Positions 8,624-21,016 are shown, numbered from the stretch's first letter. The stretch: 54,978 nucleotides of DNA from an uncultured Oscillospiraceae bacterium (GCA_964587485.1 CAZPLL010000001.1:1-54978); one strand, 5' to 3'. Numbers and translations: made by a program. The notes: generated by a model from the letters alone, not told the origin.

Positions 8624-9328
8624 TCACTGATAAAAAAGATAGAACACCGCGTCGCAGGCCCACTGAGCGATAACGCTAAGCCTGTCGAAAACGAAACCGA
8701 CAGCGGTGGAAACAGGATCTCCGAGGATGCCTGTCCAGACCAGGGTAACAAGCACTATCATGCCGTATTTTTCGTAACGCATGAGCTTATAATAGCGCTC
8801 GTCCGGGATAGCCGCCGCAAGAACCTTTGCCCCGTCGAGCGGTGGCACGGGTATCATATTGAAAATACCGAGGCCGAGACTGCAATAGGCGGTGAGCAGG
8901 AGCGTGTCAAGTAAATACACGCCAAGTCTGCTTGCGCACAGCGGTATATATACCATCCCATACAGCAGGAGGAACACAACCGTTATAAGCAGATTGCTGA
9001 CCGGCCCGGCGAGAGCCGTTATGGCCATACCGCGCTTCGGGTTTTTGAAATTATACATATTCACCGGTACTGGCTTTGCCCAGCCGAAGTGAAAGACGAC
9101 CATCATGATAAATCCCATGACGTCGATATGCCTAAGCGGATTGAGTGTAAGCCTGCCGCGCTCCTTCGCCGTACTGTCACCGAGACGGTAGGCAATGAAG
9201 CCGTGGCTGAGCTCGTGAAGCGTAATGCAGATCACCGCGGGGACAAGTCCCTGTACAAGCTCGAGGAGATAACTGAAATCGAAGCCGTTTAATATTGCCT
9301 GCGCGGTACTGATCACGCCCACCCCCAA
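8624..9328 (-). CDS. Site-2 protease family (peptidase M50) membrane metalloprotease
   Basis: HELSHG zinc motif and NMIPVPPLDG motif, with several TM segments. The start is uncertain: TTG at 9328, or GTG at 9316 after GGGGGTGG. Confidence 0.8.
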   Translation of the reverse strand: MGVGVISTAQAILNGFDFSYLLELVQGLVPAVICITLHELSHGFIAYRLGDSTAKERGRLTLNPLRHIDVMGFIMMVVFHFGWAKPVPVNMYNFKNPKRGMAITALAGPVSNLLITVVFLLLYGMVYIPLCASRLGVYLLDTLLLTAYCSLGLGIFNMIPVPPLDGAKVLAAAIPDERYYKLMRYEKYGMIVLVTLVWTGILGDPVSTAVGFVFDRLSVIAQWACDAVFYLFYQ

Positions 9329-9337
9329 TATACGATT

Positions 9338-9366
9338 ATTCTACCAAAAGAACGCAGAAAAAACAA
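9338..9366 (-). promoter_or_regulatory. Candidate sigma-A promoter for the M50 protease/scpAB cluster
   Basis: The minus strand reads TTGTTT-17 nt-TAGAAT with an extended TGg element. Confidence 0.35.
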
Positions 9367-9457
9367 GAGTGGAAGAAACATTTCTTGCCGTTATAATTTT
9401 CGGCGCCCTTCGATGAAGTATCGTTGGCAATTTTACTTTATTCGACTGCAAGACAAC

Positions 9458-9493
9458 ACCCCCGGCGCGGGCATCGACCCTGCTGTCGGGGGT
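9458..9493 (-). terminator. Candidate terminator hairpin after the HAD hydrolase gene
   Basis: 7-bp ACCCCCG/CGGGGGT stem with a large, partly paired loop. The U-tract is weak (GUUGUCUU). Confidence 0.35.
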
Positions 9494-9517
9494 ATGTTAT
9501 CTCTTATATCGCCGGAC

Positions 9518-10087
9518 TCACTGACTTTTTCCCGGCCAGGGCGTAAGCCTGTCATGATCGACGATATACGCAGACCCCGCAAGAGCCGCAAGCGGAGCGT
9601 CTATGAGCGAGTCAGAATAAAACTCGTCCACGACGGCATCGGGGTACGCCTCGTACAATCGTCTAACCTTTTCCTTATTACTGCAATTTTCCCCGGTGAT
9701 CCTGCCGGTGTGCTTATCCATTTTTGTGCAGAGCAGTCTGACTCCAAGCAGCTCGCATATCGGCGCAAGCAGGAACTCGGGCGACGCGGAGATTATAAGA
9801 TCGTCATCCTGTTTTCTCTTAAGGTACCATTTTTCTATTCTGTCTGCGTTGTGTGTCCAGAATTCCGCGACCTCGCCGTCAACATCATCAAGGTACGGAA
9901 GAAACGCAAATATTTTCTCCTTCAGTTCCTTCGTGGTAGATAGCTTCAAAAGCTTTCCCACTCCCTTTACCGCCACTCCCGGCAGTATTCTGAATACAAG
10001 ACGAGGATGCTTTTTCAGACAGGTGACGGTAAAAAGGTATGAGCTGTCCGGATTGAAAATCGTCTGGTCAAAATCGTAAACATTCAT
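9518..10087 (-). CDS. HAD-superfamily hydrolase
   Basis: DxDxT motif at the N-terminus (VYDFDQTIF). ATG 10087 shares one nt with the upstream TGA. Confidence 0.7.
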   Translation of the reverse strand: MNVYDFDQTIFNPDSSYLFTVTCLKKHPRLVFRILPGVAVKGVGKLLKLSTTKELKEKIFAFLPYLDDVDGEVAEFWTHNADRIEKWYLKRKQDDDLIISASPEFLLAPICELLGVRLLCTKMDKHTGRITGENCSNKEKVRRLYEAYPDAVVDEFYSDSLIDAPLAALAGSAYIVDHDRLTPWPGKSQ

Positions 10088-10605
10088 CACAGTACATAAT
10101 AAACATAGTTTTCCTTACGGGGCTTCATTTCGGGTTCCTCGTCGGGGTAGCCGAGTATGCAGTTGCCTATTCCGATGTAATCACCCTCTATCCCCAATTT
10201 TGTCAGCAGAGCCTTGCCCTCATCGGTGTCAAAGACCTCTTTTGCTCTGTGGATCCAGCATGAGCCGAGGCCAACGGCCTTCGCCGCATTCATGAGATTT
10301 CCCATTACAAGGCTTCCGTCCTGCACGGCGTGCCTGCTGTTAGCGTCCGAAAGAACGACGAGCACAGTGGGCGCGCCGTAGAACGGGTCGGAGTCTGCCC
10401 CCATGACCGCTGCGTTCATCCCGGAGAGGAGCTTTACAGTCTCCCTGTCCTGAACGGCGACGATTATCGGCGACTGCCTGTTCATTCCCGTGGGGGCGCA
10501 GATGCCGGCAGAAAGCACCGCGTCAAGCTCCTCCCGGCTTATCTGTTCGGGCTTATAGCGGCGGATGCTGCGTCTGTTTTTGATGTCTTCAAGCGTTTTG
10601 TTCAT
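10087..10605 (-). CDS. Nitroreductase family protein
   Basis: Carries RRSIRRYK and a GLGSCWI-type core. ATG 10605 follows a perfect GGAGGT SD; the track ORF begins at 10632. Confidence 0.8.
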   Translation of the reverse strand: MNKTLEDIKNRRSIRRYKPEQISREELDAVLSAGICAPTGMNRQSPIIVAVQDRETVKLLSGMNAAVMGADSDPFYGAPTVLVVLSDANSRHAVQDGSLVMGNLMNAAKAVGLGSCWIHRAKEVFDTDEGKALLTKLGIEGDYIGIGNCILGYPDEEPEMKPRKENYVYYVL

Positions 10606-10622
10606 GAAACTACCTCCAATTA

Positions 10623-12587
10623 TCAGTTCCATTGTTTAACGGTTCGCGCTGCGTTAGCGGATGTATATACGAAAAGCAGAGTCTCAAGTATAATTGCAAG
10701 CCACAGTCCTCCGATACCGGCGAGCGACAGCGCAAGTACCAAAAGCTTCTCGATCACAAAGGCCATGATGTTCTGCAAAGCTATAGCGTTTGTGAAGCCG
10801 GCGATTTTGAATGTAAGCGGAAGCTTGCGTATATTATTGTCCATAATGATAACGTCCGCATGATCAATAGCCTCATATGTATTCATCGCGTCGAAGGCGA
10901 TCCCCACGTCTGCACGCTCAAGTGCGGAGCCGTCGTCGGTACCGTTCCCGATAAAGGCAAGGGCGGATCTGCGCGGATCGGTCGCCATGAGATATTCTAT
11001 CGCGGATATTTTCCCCGCCGGGCTCAGCTCGAACTTTACCATATCGAAGTTCAGCGCGGCGGCAACCGGTCGTGCGGATGACTTTACGTCACCGGTGAGC
11101 ATAACAAGACTGCTCACCCCCTGATTTCTCAGCCCCTCAAGCGCGTCAAAGGCCTTACTTCTCACGCGGTCGCTTATAAGAAAGTAGCCGCGGTACTCTC
11201 CGTCTATCGCGACATGAATAGCCGCCCCTGGTTTATTCGGAACCTTATAGAGAATACTGTGATCAGTCAGGTGGGATGCCGTACCGACGAGCACAAGCTT
11301 TCCGTCAACATATGCCGAAACACCTTTTCCCGGTGTCTCGGTATAATCTGTCACTTTTTCCGCGGCTATACTGTCCGGGTCACCCGCACGACATATGGCT
11401 TCGGCAATCGGGTGCTTTGTATTCCGTTCGACCGTCGCGGCTATATTCAACAGTTCTTCCTCGGTTATTACTTCTGTATATACCTCGTCAATGACGAACT
11501 CTCCGTCGGTAATTATCCCGGTTTTTTCCGTGACCGCAGTGTGAGTTTTTGACAAAAGCTCTATCGCATCAAGCTGCTTTATAAAAATCCCGGCTTCGGC
11601 CGCTCCGAACACACCACCGGAATACGCCCTCGAAACAGAAAAAACAAGCGCGAACGGCTGCGACGCGACGAGGAAAGCTACCCCTGTCCGGAGCCAGCGC
11701 GACCAGTCGCCTGAGATGAGCGGCGGAACTACCGCGACGATAAGAGCAAGAACGACGATTACAAAAGTATATATTTTCCCGAATTTATCAATAAGGAACA
11801 GTCGCTTTGTCTTGTCGTCCGCGGAGTTGTTGACTGCCCGACGAAGCCTATGTGCCACAGAAGCAAGGCTGTCGCGCACGACCCGGATGTGAAGCGGCTT
11901 TGTCACATTTACACTGCCGGAGGGTATTTTCTTCCCGGGTGCGGCGTTGATCACGGGACCGTCACCCGTAAGCTTGTCGGATTTGAGTGAGCTTACCCCC
12001 TCAACAACGACACCGTCAAGAGGTACGGTTTCTCCGGGCTCAACGGTAATTATGTCCCCAACAACAATATCCTCGATCCGACAGACGGTCTCAGCGCCGT
12101 CGCGCTCCGCTCGTGCCGTGTTGGGCCAGATCTCATCGAACTCACGCGCCATTGTCCTGAATTTTGCCTCAACATAATCCCGGGCGAGAACACAAACTCT
12201 GTACGCGCAAAGCATAACGACAGCCTCAGAGCACTCCTGTAGTCCCATTGCCACGAGAGACGCAACGGAGAGAATGAGTTCAGGCTTTGTCAGCTCAAGC
12301 CCGGCCACCTCTTCGAGCGCCTTTATGAACACCGGATAACCGGCTATGACAAGAGGCACAATAAAGACCGCGACCCTCGCCCATCCGCCGAGTGGAATAT
12401 ATCGCATCAAAAGCACCATGGCAAAGGCCGCGGCTATGATCCCTATCTCCCCGGCAAAGCCCGACGAGATGAGCCGTGCGCGCGTCCTTCCCTCGGAAAC
12501 GGCTCTCCTGCCGATCTGCTCGGAAGCATCCGGAGCTTTTCTCCGGGCAGCGCTCATTTTTTCTCTGGTTTTGATGTGCTTTCCCAT
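10623..12587 (-). CDS. P1B-type (heavy-metal) P-type ATPase homologue with degenerate catalytic motifs
   Basis: The overall P1B layout is present: PGETVPLDG, HP in TKHPIAEAI, and MLTGD. However DKTGT is EKTGI, TGES is TGDG, CPC is QPF, GDGxNDxP is GNGTDDGS, and there is no CxxC HMA domain. The track start is TTG at 12602; ATG at 12587 after GGAG is preferred. Confidence 0.75.
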   Translation of the reverse strand: MGKHIKTREKMSAARRKAPDASEQIGRRAVSEGRTRARLISSGFAGEIGIIAAAFAMVLLMRYIPLGGWARVAVFIVPLVIAGYPVFIKALEEVAGLELTKPELILSVASLVAMGLQECSEAVVMLCAYRVCVLARDYVEAKFRTMAREFDEIWPNTARAERDGAETVCRIEDIVVGDIITVEPGETVPLDGVVVEGVSSLKSDKLTGDGPVINAAPGKKIPSGSVNVTKPLHIRVVRDSLASVAHRLRRAVNNSADDKTKRLFLIDKFGKIYTFVIVVLALIVAVVPPLISGDWSRWLRTGVAFLVASQPFALVFSVSRAYSGGVFGAAEAGIFIKQLDAIELLSKTHTAVTEKTGIITDGEFVIDEVYTEVITEEELLNIAATVERNTKHPIAEAICRAGDPDSIAAEKVTDYTETPGKGVSAYVDGKLVLVGTASHLTDHSILYKVPNKPGAAIHVAIDGEYRGYFLISDRVRSKAFDALEGLRNQGVSSLVMLTGDVKSSARPVAAALNFDMVKFELSPAGKISAIEYLMATDPRRSALAFIGNGTDDGSALERADVGIAFDAMNTYEAIDHADVIIMDNNIRKLPLTFKIAGFTNAIALQNIMAFVIEKLLVLALSLAGIGGLWLAIILETLLFVYTSANAARTVKQWN

Positions 12588-12641
12588 ATATCTACGCTCC
12601 AAAAAATACTGTTCTGATTATATGATAAACGCCGTTACTTG

Positions 12642-13109
12642 TCAATTTCGGTTTCTTTTATGTGTGCAAAGCAGGAGCAGCGCGACACTCGCGGTACCGA
12701 GGAGCACACCGAAAGAATCTATGCACACATCGGAAAAGCTGCCGCTTCGCCCCGGCACGAAGGTTTGGTGCCATTCGTCGGAGCAGGCGTATATAAATCC
12801 CAGCAACAGCCCGGAAATAACGGCGTTTCTTTTCGTTCGGCACAGCTCGTTAAAAAGGAGCGTACCGGTAACGCCAAGGCAAAAGAATTCAAATATATGG
12901 GCAAGCTTCCTGATATCGTGGTTTGCACCATCACCGGTAATTTCTGGAAAAAGTCGGGCTACAATGCTTCCGAGCCCGGTCGAGAGAAATCCGTCACTGA
13001 GTGAGGCGGATAGCCGTGCGTCCTGTGCGCTCAGCAGGAATATCGCCGTCATGATACCCAGCGTCATCAGTGCGTATATGATTATTCTGATATGCTTTCC
13101 TGTTTTCAT
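12642..13109 (-). CDS. VanZ-family membrane protein
   Basis: Four TM segments and the RKLAHIFEFFCLG motif. ATG 13109 (MKTGKH...) follows GGGAGCGG; the track ORF extends to 13259. Confidence 0.7.
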   Translation of the reverse strand: MKTGKHIRIIIYALMTLGIMTAIFLLSAQDARLSASLSDGFLSTGLGSIVARLFPEITGDGANHDIRKLAHIFEFFCLGVTGTLLFNELCRTKRNAVISGLLLGFIYACSDEWHQTFVPGRSGSFSDVCIDSFGVLLGTASVALLLLCTHKRNRN

Positions 13110-13299
13110 GTTTGTCCGCTCCCAGAATTTCATCTTTATTATAACGTCGCGGCGTGCGAAGTTCAAGCGCGGAGCATAATTGCAGCATCGGATTTTTTTC
13201 GCCAGAAATTTACTTGAGTGTTTTTGAATATATCCGACGATGCGGCAAAAGATAAGCACGGGCCGAAACCCAAATCACAAACAAAAGGAGATGCAAACT

Positions 13300-13500
13300 A
13301 TGTCTACCAATTCCAGTAATCGTCTCGTCAATCCTTCTGCACGCGATGCAATGGATAAGTTCAAGATGGAGGCCGCTTCCGAAGTCGGCGTCAACCTCAA
13401 GAACGGTTATAACGGCGATCTCACCAGCAAGCAGGCCGGTTCTGTCGGTGGTCAGATGGTCAAGAAGATGATCGAGGCCTACGAGAACGGCATCAAGTAA
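13300..13500 (+). CDS. Alpha/beta-type small acid-soluble spore protein
   Basis: 66 aa, MSTNSSNRLV...KFKMEAASEVGV...GSVGGQMVKKMIEAYE. It has a GPR-like EAASE site and the GGxMVKKMI motif. AAAAGGAG SD upstream. Confidence 0.9.
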   Translation: MSTNSSNRLVNPSARDAMDKFKMEAASEVGVNLKNGYNGDLTSKQAGSVGGQMVKKMIEAYENGIK

Positions 13501-13515
13501 GCGATCTTTCGGTTA

Positions 13516-13549
13516 AAAGCCACAGGGAGAAGTTCCCTGTGGTTTTTCT
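13516..13549 (+). terminator. Rho-independent terminator after the SASP gene
   Basis: CCACAGGGA-GAAGT-TCCCTGTGG followed by TTTTT. Confidence 0.8.
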
Positions 13550-13603
13550 TGTATGCCGGGCGCAAGTGGTATATAATGCCCCTATCACAGTCCGGAGGTG
13601 CGT

Positions 13604-15148
13604 ATGAGCAGGTCGAACCCTCAGCAGGAAAAAGTCCATACCCTGATATTCCTTGCCGTGCTCGTCGTGGGTGTTTTTGTCCGCGTGTGGCGGTTCGGCT
13701 CTGTTCCGGGTGGGCTAAACCAGGACGAGGCTTTCGCCGGGTACGAGGCATGGTCGCTCCTTAATTACGGCACCGACAGCGCCGGGTATCGCTTCCCTGT
13801 TTATCTCACGGCGTGGGGCAGTGGCATGAATGTGCTCAACTCGTATCTTATGATACCATTTATTGCCCTTTTCGGGCTTGAGGTATGGGTCATTCGTCTG
13901 CCACAGCTTATAGTGGCGTGCCTTACGCTCCCTGCTGTTTACGGTATTGCCCGCCGTATCCTTGACCAACGGCTTGCTCTGATGACAATGTTCCTCCTTG
14001 CCGTGTGTCCGTGGCATATTATGCTTGCGCGTTGGGGACTTGAATCGAATCTCGCCCCGGGCTTTCTGATGTTCGGGTTATATTTTTTCATCCGTGGGCT
14101 TGATGACGAAAGATTTCTCATCCTCTCGGCCGCGATGTACGGGCTGTCGCTGTACTGTTATGCCACGATCTGGCCATTCGTGCCGCTGATCATTCTCCTC
14201 CAGTGTATTCATGCTGTACGCATAGGCAGACTCAGGCTAAGCGCCTGTTCGGTTATTTCGTTGCTGATACTTGGGCTTTTGGCTCTTCCGCTCATACTGT
14301 TTCTTGCGGTCAACTACGGACTTATCGGCGAACTGTGCCTGCCGTTTATTTCCGTGCCGAAGCTTCTGTATATGCGTTCGGACGAGATTTCGTTTTCCCG
14401 ATTTTTTGAAAATCTGAGTAATGGACTGAGGATGCTTTTGGCTCAGTCGGACGGTTTAAAATGGAACAGTGCGGGGATTTTCGGCCAGCTCTACCCGTTT
14501 TCCATTGTGTTTGAACTGATCGGGCTCGGGTTTTGTATTTCGCGGTATATCAGATCGCTCAAGGCGCACAGCTTCTCAGGTGAAGTTTTTATCTTGATAC
14601 AGCTTTTTGCCGCGTTTCTTCTGATGGGACTTATCAGCGTAAACGTTAACCGCGTAAACATCATATTCATCCCCCGCGTTATGCTTGCCGCATATGGCGT
14701 AAGGAGTATTGAGGAATTGTCGATGAGGGCAGCAGCTCCTCTCATCTGCACCGTCTATGCTGTTTTCTTCCTCTTGTTTGCGTCGTATTACTTCGGTGAA
14801 TATAATTCGCAGATATCATTCCGCTTCGGCGACGGTATCGGCGAGGCTGTCAGTGCCGCGCTTGAAATCTCCGACAGAATTTATGTAAGCGACGACATTT
14901 TATATCCCGTGATACTTTTCTATTCAGAGACACCGACCGATGAGTTCCGGGACAGCGTCGTGTACTACAGCTATCCCGCAGCTTACCTTCGTGCAAGGTC
15001 CTTTACGCGCTTTGAATTTACAGGGCTTGACGGAGAATTACATCGGGACGGAGTGTATATACTCAGCCAGTATGACGACAGAACGAGCTTCATTGAAGCC
15101 GGGTTCACTGTCACGGAATACGGCTTTGCGGCGCTCGCGTACCCATAA
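13604..15148 (+). CDS. Glycosyltransferase family 39 / ArnT-PMT-like polytopic membrane glycosyltransferase
   Basis: About 514 aa and at least 10 TM segments. The N-terminal loop GGLNQDEAFAGYEAWSLL carries the DE motif typical of GT-C enzymes. A GGAGG SD lies 5 nt before ATG 13604. Confidence 0.75.
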   Translation: MSRSNPQQEKVHTLIFLAVLVVGVFVRVWRFGSVPGGLNQDEAFAGYEAWSLLNYGTDSAGYRFPVYLTAWGSGMNVLNSYLMIPFIALFGLEVWVIRLPQLIVACLTLPAVYGIARRILDQRLALMTMFLLAVCPWHIMLARWGLESNLAPGFLMFGLYFFIRGLDDERFLILSAAMYGLSLYCYATIWPFVPLIILLQCIHAVRIGRLRLSACSVISLLILGLLALPLILFLAVNYGLIGELCLPFISVPKLLYMRSDEISFSRFFENLSNGLRMLLAQSDGLKWNSAGIFGQLYPFSIVFELIGLGFCISRYIRSLKAHSFSGEVFILIQLFAAFLLMGLISVNVNRVNIIFIPRVMLAAYGVRSIEELSMRAAAPLICTVYAVFFLLFASYYFGEYNSQISFRFGDGIGEAVSAALEISDRIYVSDDILYPVILFYSETPTDEFRDSVVYYSYPAAYLRARSFTRFEFTGLDGELHRDGVYILSQYDDRTSFIEAGFTVTEYGFAALAYP

Positions 15149-15150
15149 AT

Positions 15151-15182
15151 AAATGCGTGAAACATTGGCGTTTCACGCATTT
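15151..15182. terminator. Bidirectional terminator between the GT39 gene and ligA
   Basis: 13-bp stem AAATGCGTGAAAC / GTTTCACGCATTT with a 6-nt loop. T-rich on both flanks. Confidence 0.8.
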
Positions 15183-15185
15183 ATT

Positions 15186-17842
<2,657 letters not shown>

Positions 17843-17871
17843 GGAGTCACCTCCTCCATGTATTATATGTT

Positions 17872-19128
17872 TTATTTGTCCAGCATTGAACTTACCGCCA
17901 TCATTATGCCGAGCTTTCCCGATTCATAGGTGAGTCCGCCCTGCATATAGGCGATATACGGCGGGCGAACAGGACCATCCGCCGAAAGCTCTATAGATGA
18001 GCCCTGAATAAACGCTCCCGCCGCCATAATAACGGGACAGTCGTAGCCGGGCATTGCCCACGGCTCGGGGGTAACATACGAGTCAACGGGGGCGCCTGCC
18101 TGTATGCCGAGACAGAAACGTCTCATATTCTCCGCGCTCCCGAGGCGTATCATCTGGATGATATCGGAACGCTTTTCATCCGCCGCGGGTGATGTGTCGA
18201 TGCCGAGGCGTTTCATCATCGCTGAGCAGAAAACTGCGGTCTTGAGCGCCTGAGCCACGGTGTGCGGTGCCATAAAGAGCCCCTGATACAAAAGGCGGTT
18301 GTTGCCGAGCGTCGATCCGCACTCCCCTCCTATGCCCGGCGTGGTGAGACGCATTGCCGCATTTTCAACAAGATCCTTTCTCCCCGCGATATAGCCGCCT
18401 GTAGGTGCAATACCGCCGCCGGGATTTTTGATAAGAGAGCCCGCGATTATATCCGCGCCGACATTAGTCGGTTCTATGACGTCGGTAAACTCACCGTAGC
18501 AGTTATCGACCATAATGACCACGGACGGATCCACGGATTTGACCGCGGCGCATATCTCGCCTATCTGCTCCACGGTGAGTGCAGGACGGTCATCGTAGCC
18601 GCGTGAGCGCTGTATCATTACTGCCGTGACCTTTTCATCGGCAACTGCGGTCTTTATAGCGTCAATGTCGGGAGTTCCGTCGGCTCTGAGGTCTACCTGC
18701 GCGTAGTCAACGCCGTAAAATTTTAGCGAGCCGTGGCAGTCGCCGGTAATTCCGATAGCGCTTCGCAGCGTGTCATAGGGCATACCCGTGACCGCAAGGA
18801 TCGTGTCGCCGGGCTTAACAGTCGCGAACATGGCCGCAGTCAATGCGTGAGTGCCGTTTACGAAGTTTATCCTGACGAGCGCAGATTCCGCGCCGAATAT
18901 CTGGGCATATATTCTGTCGAGGGTTTCGCGGCCGAGATCGTCATAGCCGTAGCCGGTCGTCCCGGCAAAGCAGCTCTCCGACACACGGTTATCCTGAAAG
19001 GCCTCCATTACCTTGCGGGTATTCTTCTCCGCAACAGCGTCAATGCTCCGAAATATGTCGCGTATATCCTTTTCGGCCTCCTCGGCCAAGGTATAAACTT
19101 CCGGTTTAATGTCAGATATTTTCATCAT
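17872..19128 (-). CDS. Methionine gamma-lyase family protein (YnbB / aluminium-resistance family, PLP fold)
   Basis: 418 aa. The characteristic N-terminus is AEKNTRKVMEAFQDNRVSESCFAGTTGYGYDDLGRETLD. Confidence 0.8.
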   Translation of the reverse strand: MMKISDIKPEVYTLAEEAEKDIRDIFRSIDAVAEKNTRKVMEAFQDNRVSESCFAGTTGYGYDDLGRETLDRIYAQIFGAESALVRINFVNGTHALTAAMFATVKPGDTILAVTGMPYDTLRSAIGITGDCHGSLKFYGVDYAQVDLRADGTPDIDAIKTAVADEKVTAVMIQRSRGYDDRPALTVEQIGEICAAVKSVDPSVVIMVDNCYGEFTDVIEPTNVGADIIAGSLIKNPGGGIAPTGGYIAGRKDLVENAAMRLTTPGIGGECGSTLGNNRLLYQGLFMAPHTVAQALKTAVFCSAMMKRLGIDTSPAADEKRSDIIQMIRLGSAENMRRFCLGIQAGAPVDSYVTPEPWAMPGYDCPVIMAAGAFIQGSSIELSADGPVRPPYIAYMQGGLTYESGKLGIMMAVSSMLDK

Positions 19129-20519
19129 TCAAGCTCCATTACTATTTTTTTGAAATATTTTCCGCGCTCGGCGAAATTTTTGAATCTATCAAAAGCGGCG
19201 CACGCGGGTGAGAGCAGCACCGTGTCGCCCTCCTCCGCCGAGGCTGAGGCGGCAAGAACGGCATCCTTGAAATCGTCTATCAGCTTTACTTCAAGTCCGC
19301 TGTCTGGGTAATAACGTGAGTTCTCTATGGCCGCTTTAATTTTTTCTGCCGTGTCTCCGGTAAGAAAAACGCTCTTCGCATGACAGCAAAGCTCGTCCCC
19401 GAGCCCATCAAACGGGATATGCTTATCGTAGCCTCCGGCAATGACGATAGGACGGTGTATCGAATGAAGCCCCGCCGAGGTTCGCGTGGGACTTGTGCCG
19501 ATGGAGTCATTGACATAGGTAACACCGCGCAGGACTCTCACCTGTTCAAGCCTGTGTTCAACTCCCTGAAAGCTCATTGCCACGCTACGACAGATGTCAT
19601 CTCCGACAAGGCCGTCAGTTGCAGCAAAGGCGGCAAGATAGTTGAGCACATTGTGCTCGCCGGGCAGCTTTATCTCGTCTGTACGCATTATCACGGTGCT
19701 CTCTCCGCCATGCGCGCGGTAGATGACGCCGTCTTTTGCGTATGTACCGTCGGAAACACTTGCCTTATCCGAGAAATGCATGATCGGCGAATGTGCGTTT
19801 CGGCTGTAGTAATCTGTTTGGCCGTCGTCACTGTTGAGCACGAGAAGATCATTTTCTCCCTGCTGTGCAAAGATCGCCATTTTCGCGTCTATGTAGTCCT
19901 GATAGTCCTTGTGTTTATCAAGATGGTTCGGCGAAATATTGGTTATAACGGCTCTGTTCGGGTGACATCTCATGCTGTGGAGCTGAAAGGAACTGAGCTC
20001 AAGCACCGCGATATCGTCCTTTCCGATCTGCGGCACCTCGCAGAGCAGAGGGTTTCCTATATTCCCGCCGAGGTGAACAGTGTAGCCCGCCGCCTTCAGG
20101 AGCTCTGAGATGATCGTGGAGGTGGTGGTTTTGCCGTCACTGCCCGTAACGGCTATCGTACGGCAGGGGCACAGTGCGAAAAACACTTCCATCTCCGATG
20201 TCAGTACGCTCCCGCTCTCGACCGCTTTCACAAGATGGGGGGCAAACGGCATAAGCCCGGGTGTACGGAAAATAACATCGTGGTCAAGCCCCTCAAGGTA
20301 ATTCTCCCCGAGTCTGAGCTTTGCGCCCATGTTGATAAGCTCGAGCGCATCCATGCCAAGAGCCTCGATACCGCGCTTATCGCATACGCTAACGTCGCAC
20401 CCGCAGCAGAGGAGCAGACGTATAAGCGGCATATTGCTGACTCCCGCGCCGATGACCGCAATGCGTTTATCCTTAAGTGAGTTTATATAGTCTGTCAGAG
20501 TCAATACGATTCGCCTCAC
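19125..20519 (-). CDS. murD: UDP-N-acetylmuramoyl-L-alanine--D-glutamate ligase
   Basis: Rossmann-type VIGAGVSN and Mur ligase P-loop VTGSDGKTTT. The start is uncertain: GTG at 20519 or TTG at 20504. Confidence 0.9.
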   Translation of the reverse strand: MRRIVLTLTDYINSLKDKRIAVIGAGVSNMPLIRLLLCCGCDVSVCDKRGIEALGMDALELINMGAKLRLGENYLEGLDHDVIFRTPGLMPFAPHLVKAVESGSVLTSEMEVFFALCPCRTIAVTGSDGKTTTSTIISELLKAAGYTVHLGGNIGNPLLCEVPQIGKDDIAVLELSSFQLHSMRCHPNRAVITNISPNHLDKHKDYQDYIDAKMAIFAQQGENDLLVLNSDDGQTDYYSRNAHSPIMHFSDKASVSDGTYAKDGVIYRAHGGESTVIMRTDEIKLPGEHNVLNYLAAFAATDGLVGDDICRSVAMSFQGVEHRLEQVRVLRGVTYVNDSIGTSPTRTSAGLHSIHRPIVIAGGYDKHIPFDGLGDELCCHAKSVFLTGDTAEKIKAAIENSRYYPDSGLEVKLIDDFKDAVLAASASAEEGDTVLLSPACAAFDRFKNFAERGKYFKKIVMELE

Positions 20520-20575
20520 ACATTAATTATAACTGAGATATTATATAGCTTTTGAGCTTCTTTTACAAGAAGATA

Positions 20576-20604
20576 TTGACTTGATCCCGGAAATTGATTA
20601 AAAT
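20576..20604 (+). promoter_or_regulatory. Sigma-A type promoter for rnpB
   Basis: TTGACT (20576-20581), exactly 17 nt, then TAAAAT (20599-20604). It lies about 8 nt upstream of the RNase P RNA 5' end. Confidence 0.65.
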
Positions 20605-20611
20605 ACGCTCT

Positions 20612-20958
20612 GTGAGCAGGCCGAACGACCGCGGGTACAGGCCGAAAGGCCGTACATGAGGAAAGTCCGGGCTCCACAGGGCAAGGATAACGGGTAACGC
20701 CCGCCAGGGGTGACCCTCGGACAAGTGCAACAGAAATATACCGCTTCGCGCTCTGCGCGTAGTAAGGGTGGAAAAGTGAGGTAAGAGCTCACTCGCCGCA
20801 TGGAGACATGTCGGTGCTGTAAACTCTATCCGGAGCAACACCGTGGGAGAACGCATGGCCTGCCCGGCCGTTCTCGGGAGGTGGCTTGAGCCTGTCAGCA
20901 ATGACAGGCGTAGATAGATGGTCGTTTAAGACAGAACCCGGCTTACAGACCTGCTCAT
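20612..20958 (+). ncRNA. rnpB: RNase P RNA, bacterial type A
   Basis: Universal GAGGAAAGTCCGGGCTCCACAGGGCA, plus ACAGAAATATACCGC and AGACAGAACCCGGCTTACAG. P1 pairs TGAGCAGG (20613-20620) with CCTGCTCA (20950-20957). Confidence 0.92.
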
Positions 20959-20960
20959 GC

Positions 20961-20995
20961 AAAAACCGTCGGATGCGTTCCGGCGGTTTTTCTTT
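20961..20995 (+). terminator. Rho-independent terminator after rnpB
   Basis: ACCGTCGG-ATGCGTT-CCGGCGGT (one G-U pair) followed by TTTTT. Confidence 0.65.
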
Positions 20996-21016
20996 CGTGT
21001 TTCTTGTTCAAAACAC

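Noticed and set aside
9352-9420. 22-codon minus-strand ORF (MFLPLLFFLRSFGRIIVYWGWA) between the HAD and M50 protease genes
   Set aside because: It has no SD and overlaps the predicted promoter of the protease gene. It is most likely chance.
13225-13254. TGAATA hexamer upstream of the SASP gene as a sigma-G -35 element
   Set aside because: I could not find a convincing CATnnTA-type -10 at 17-18 nt spacing (the sequence there is AAAGATAA), so no promoter is called. A forespore promoter probably exists but is not identifiable by eye.
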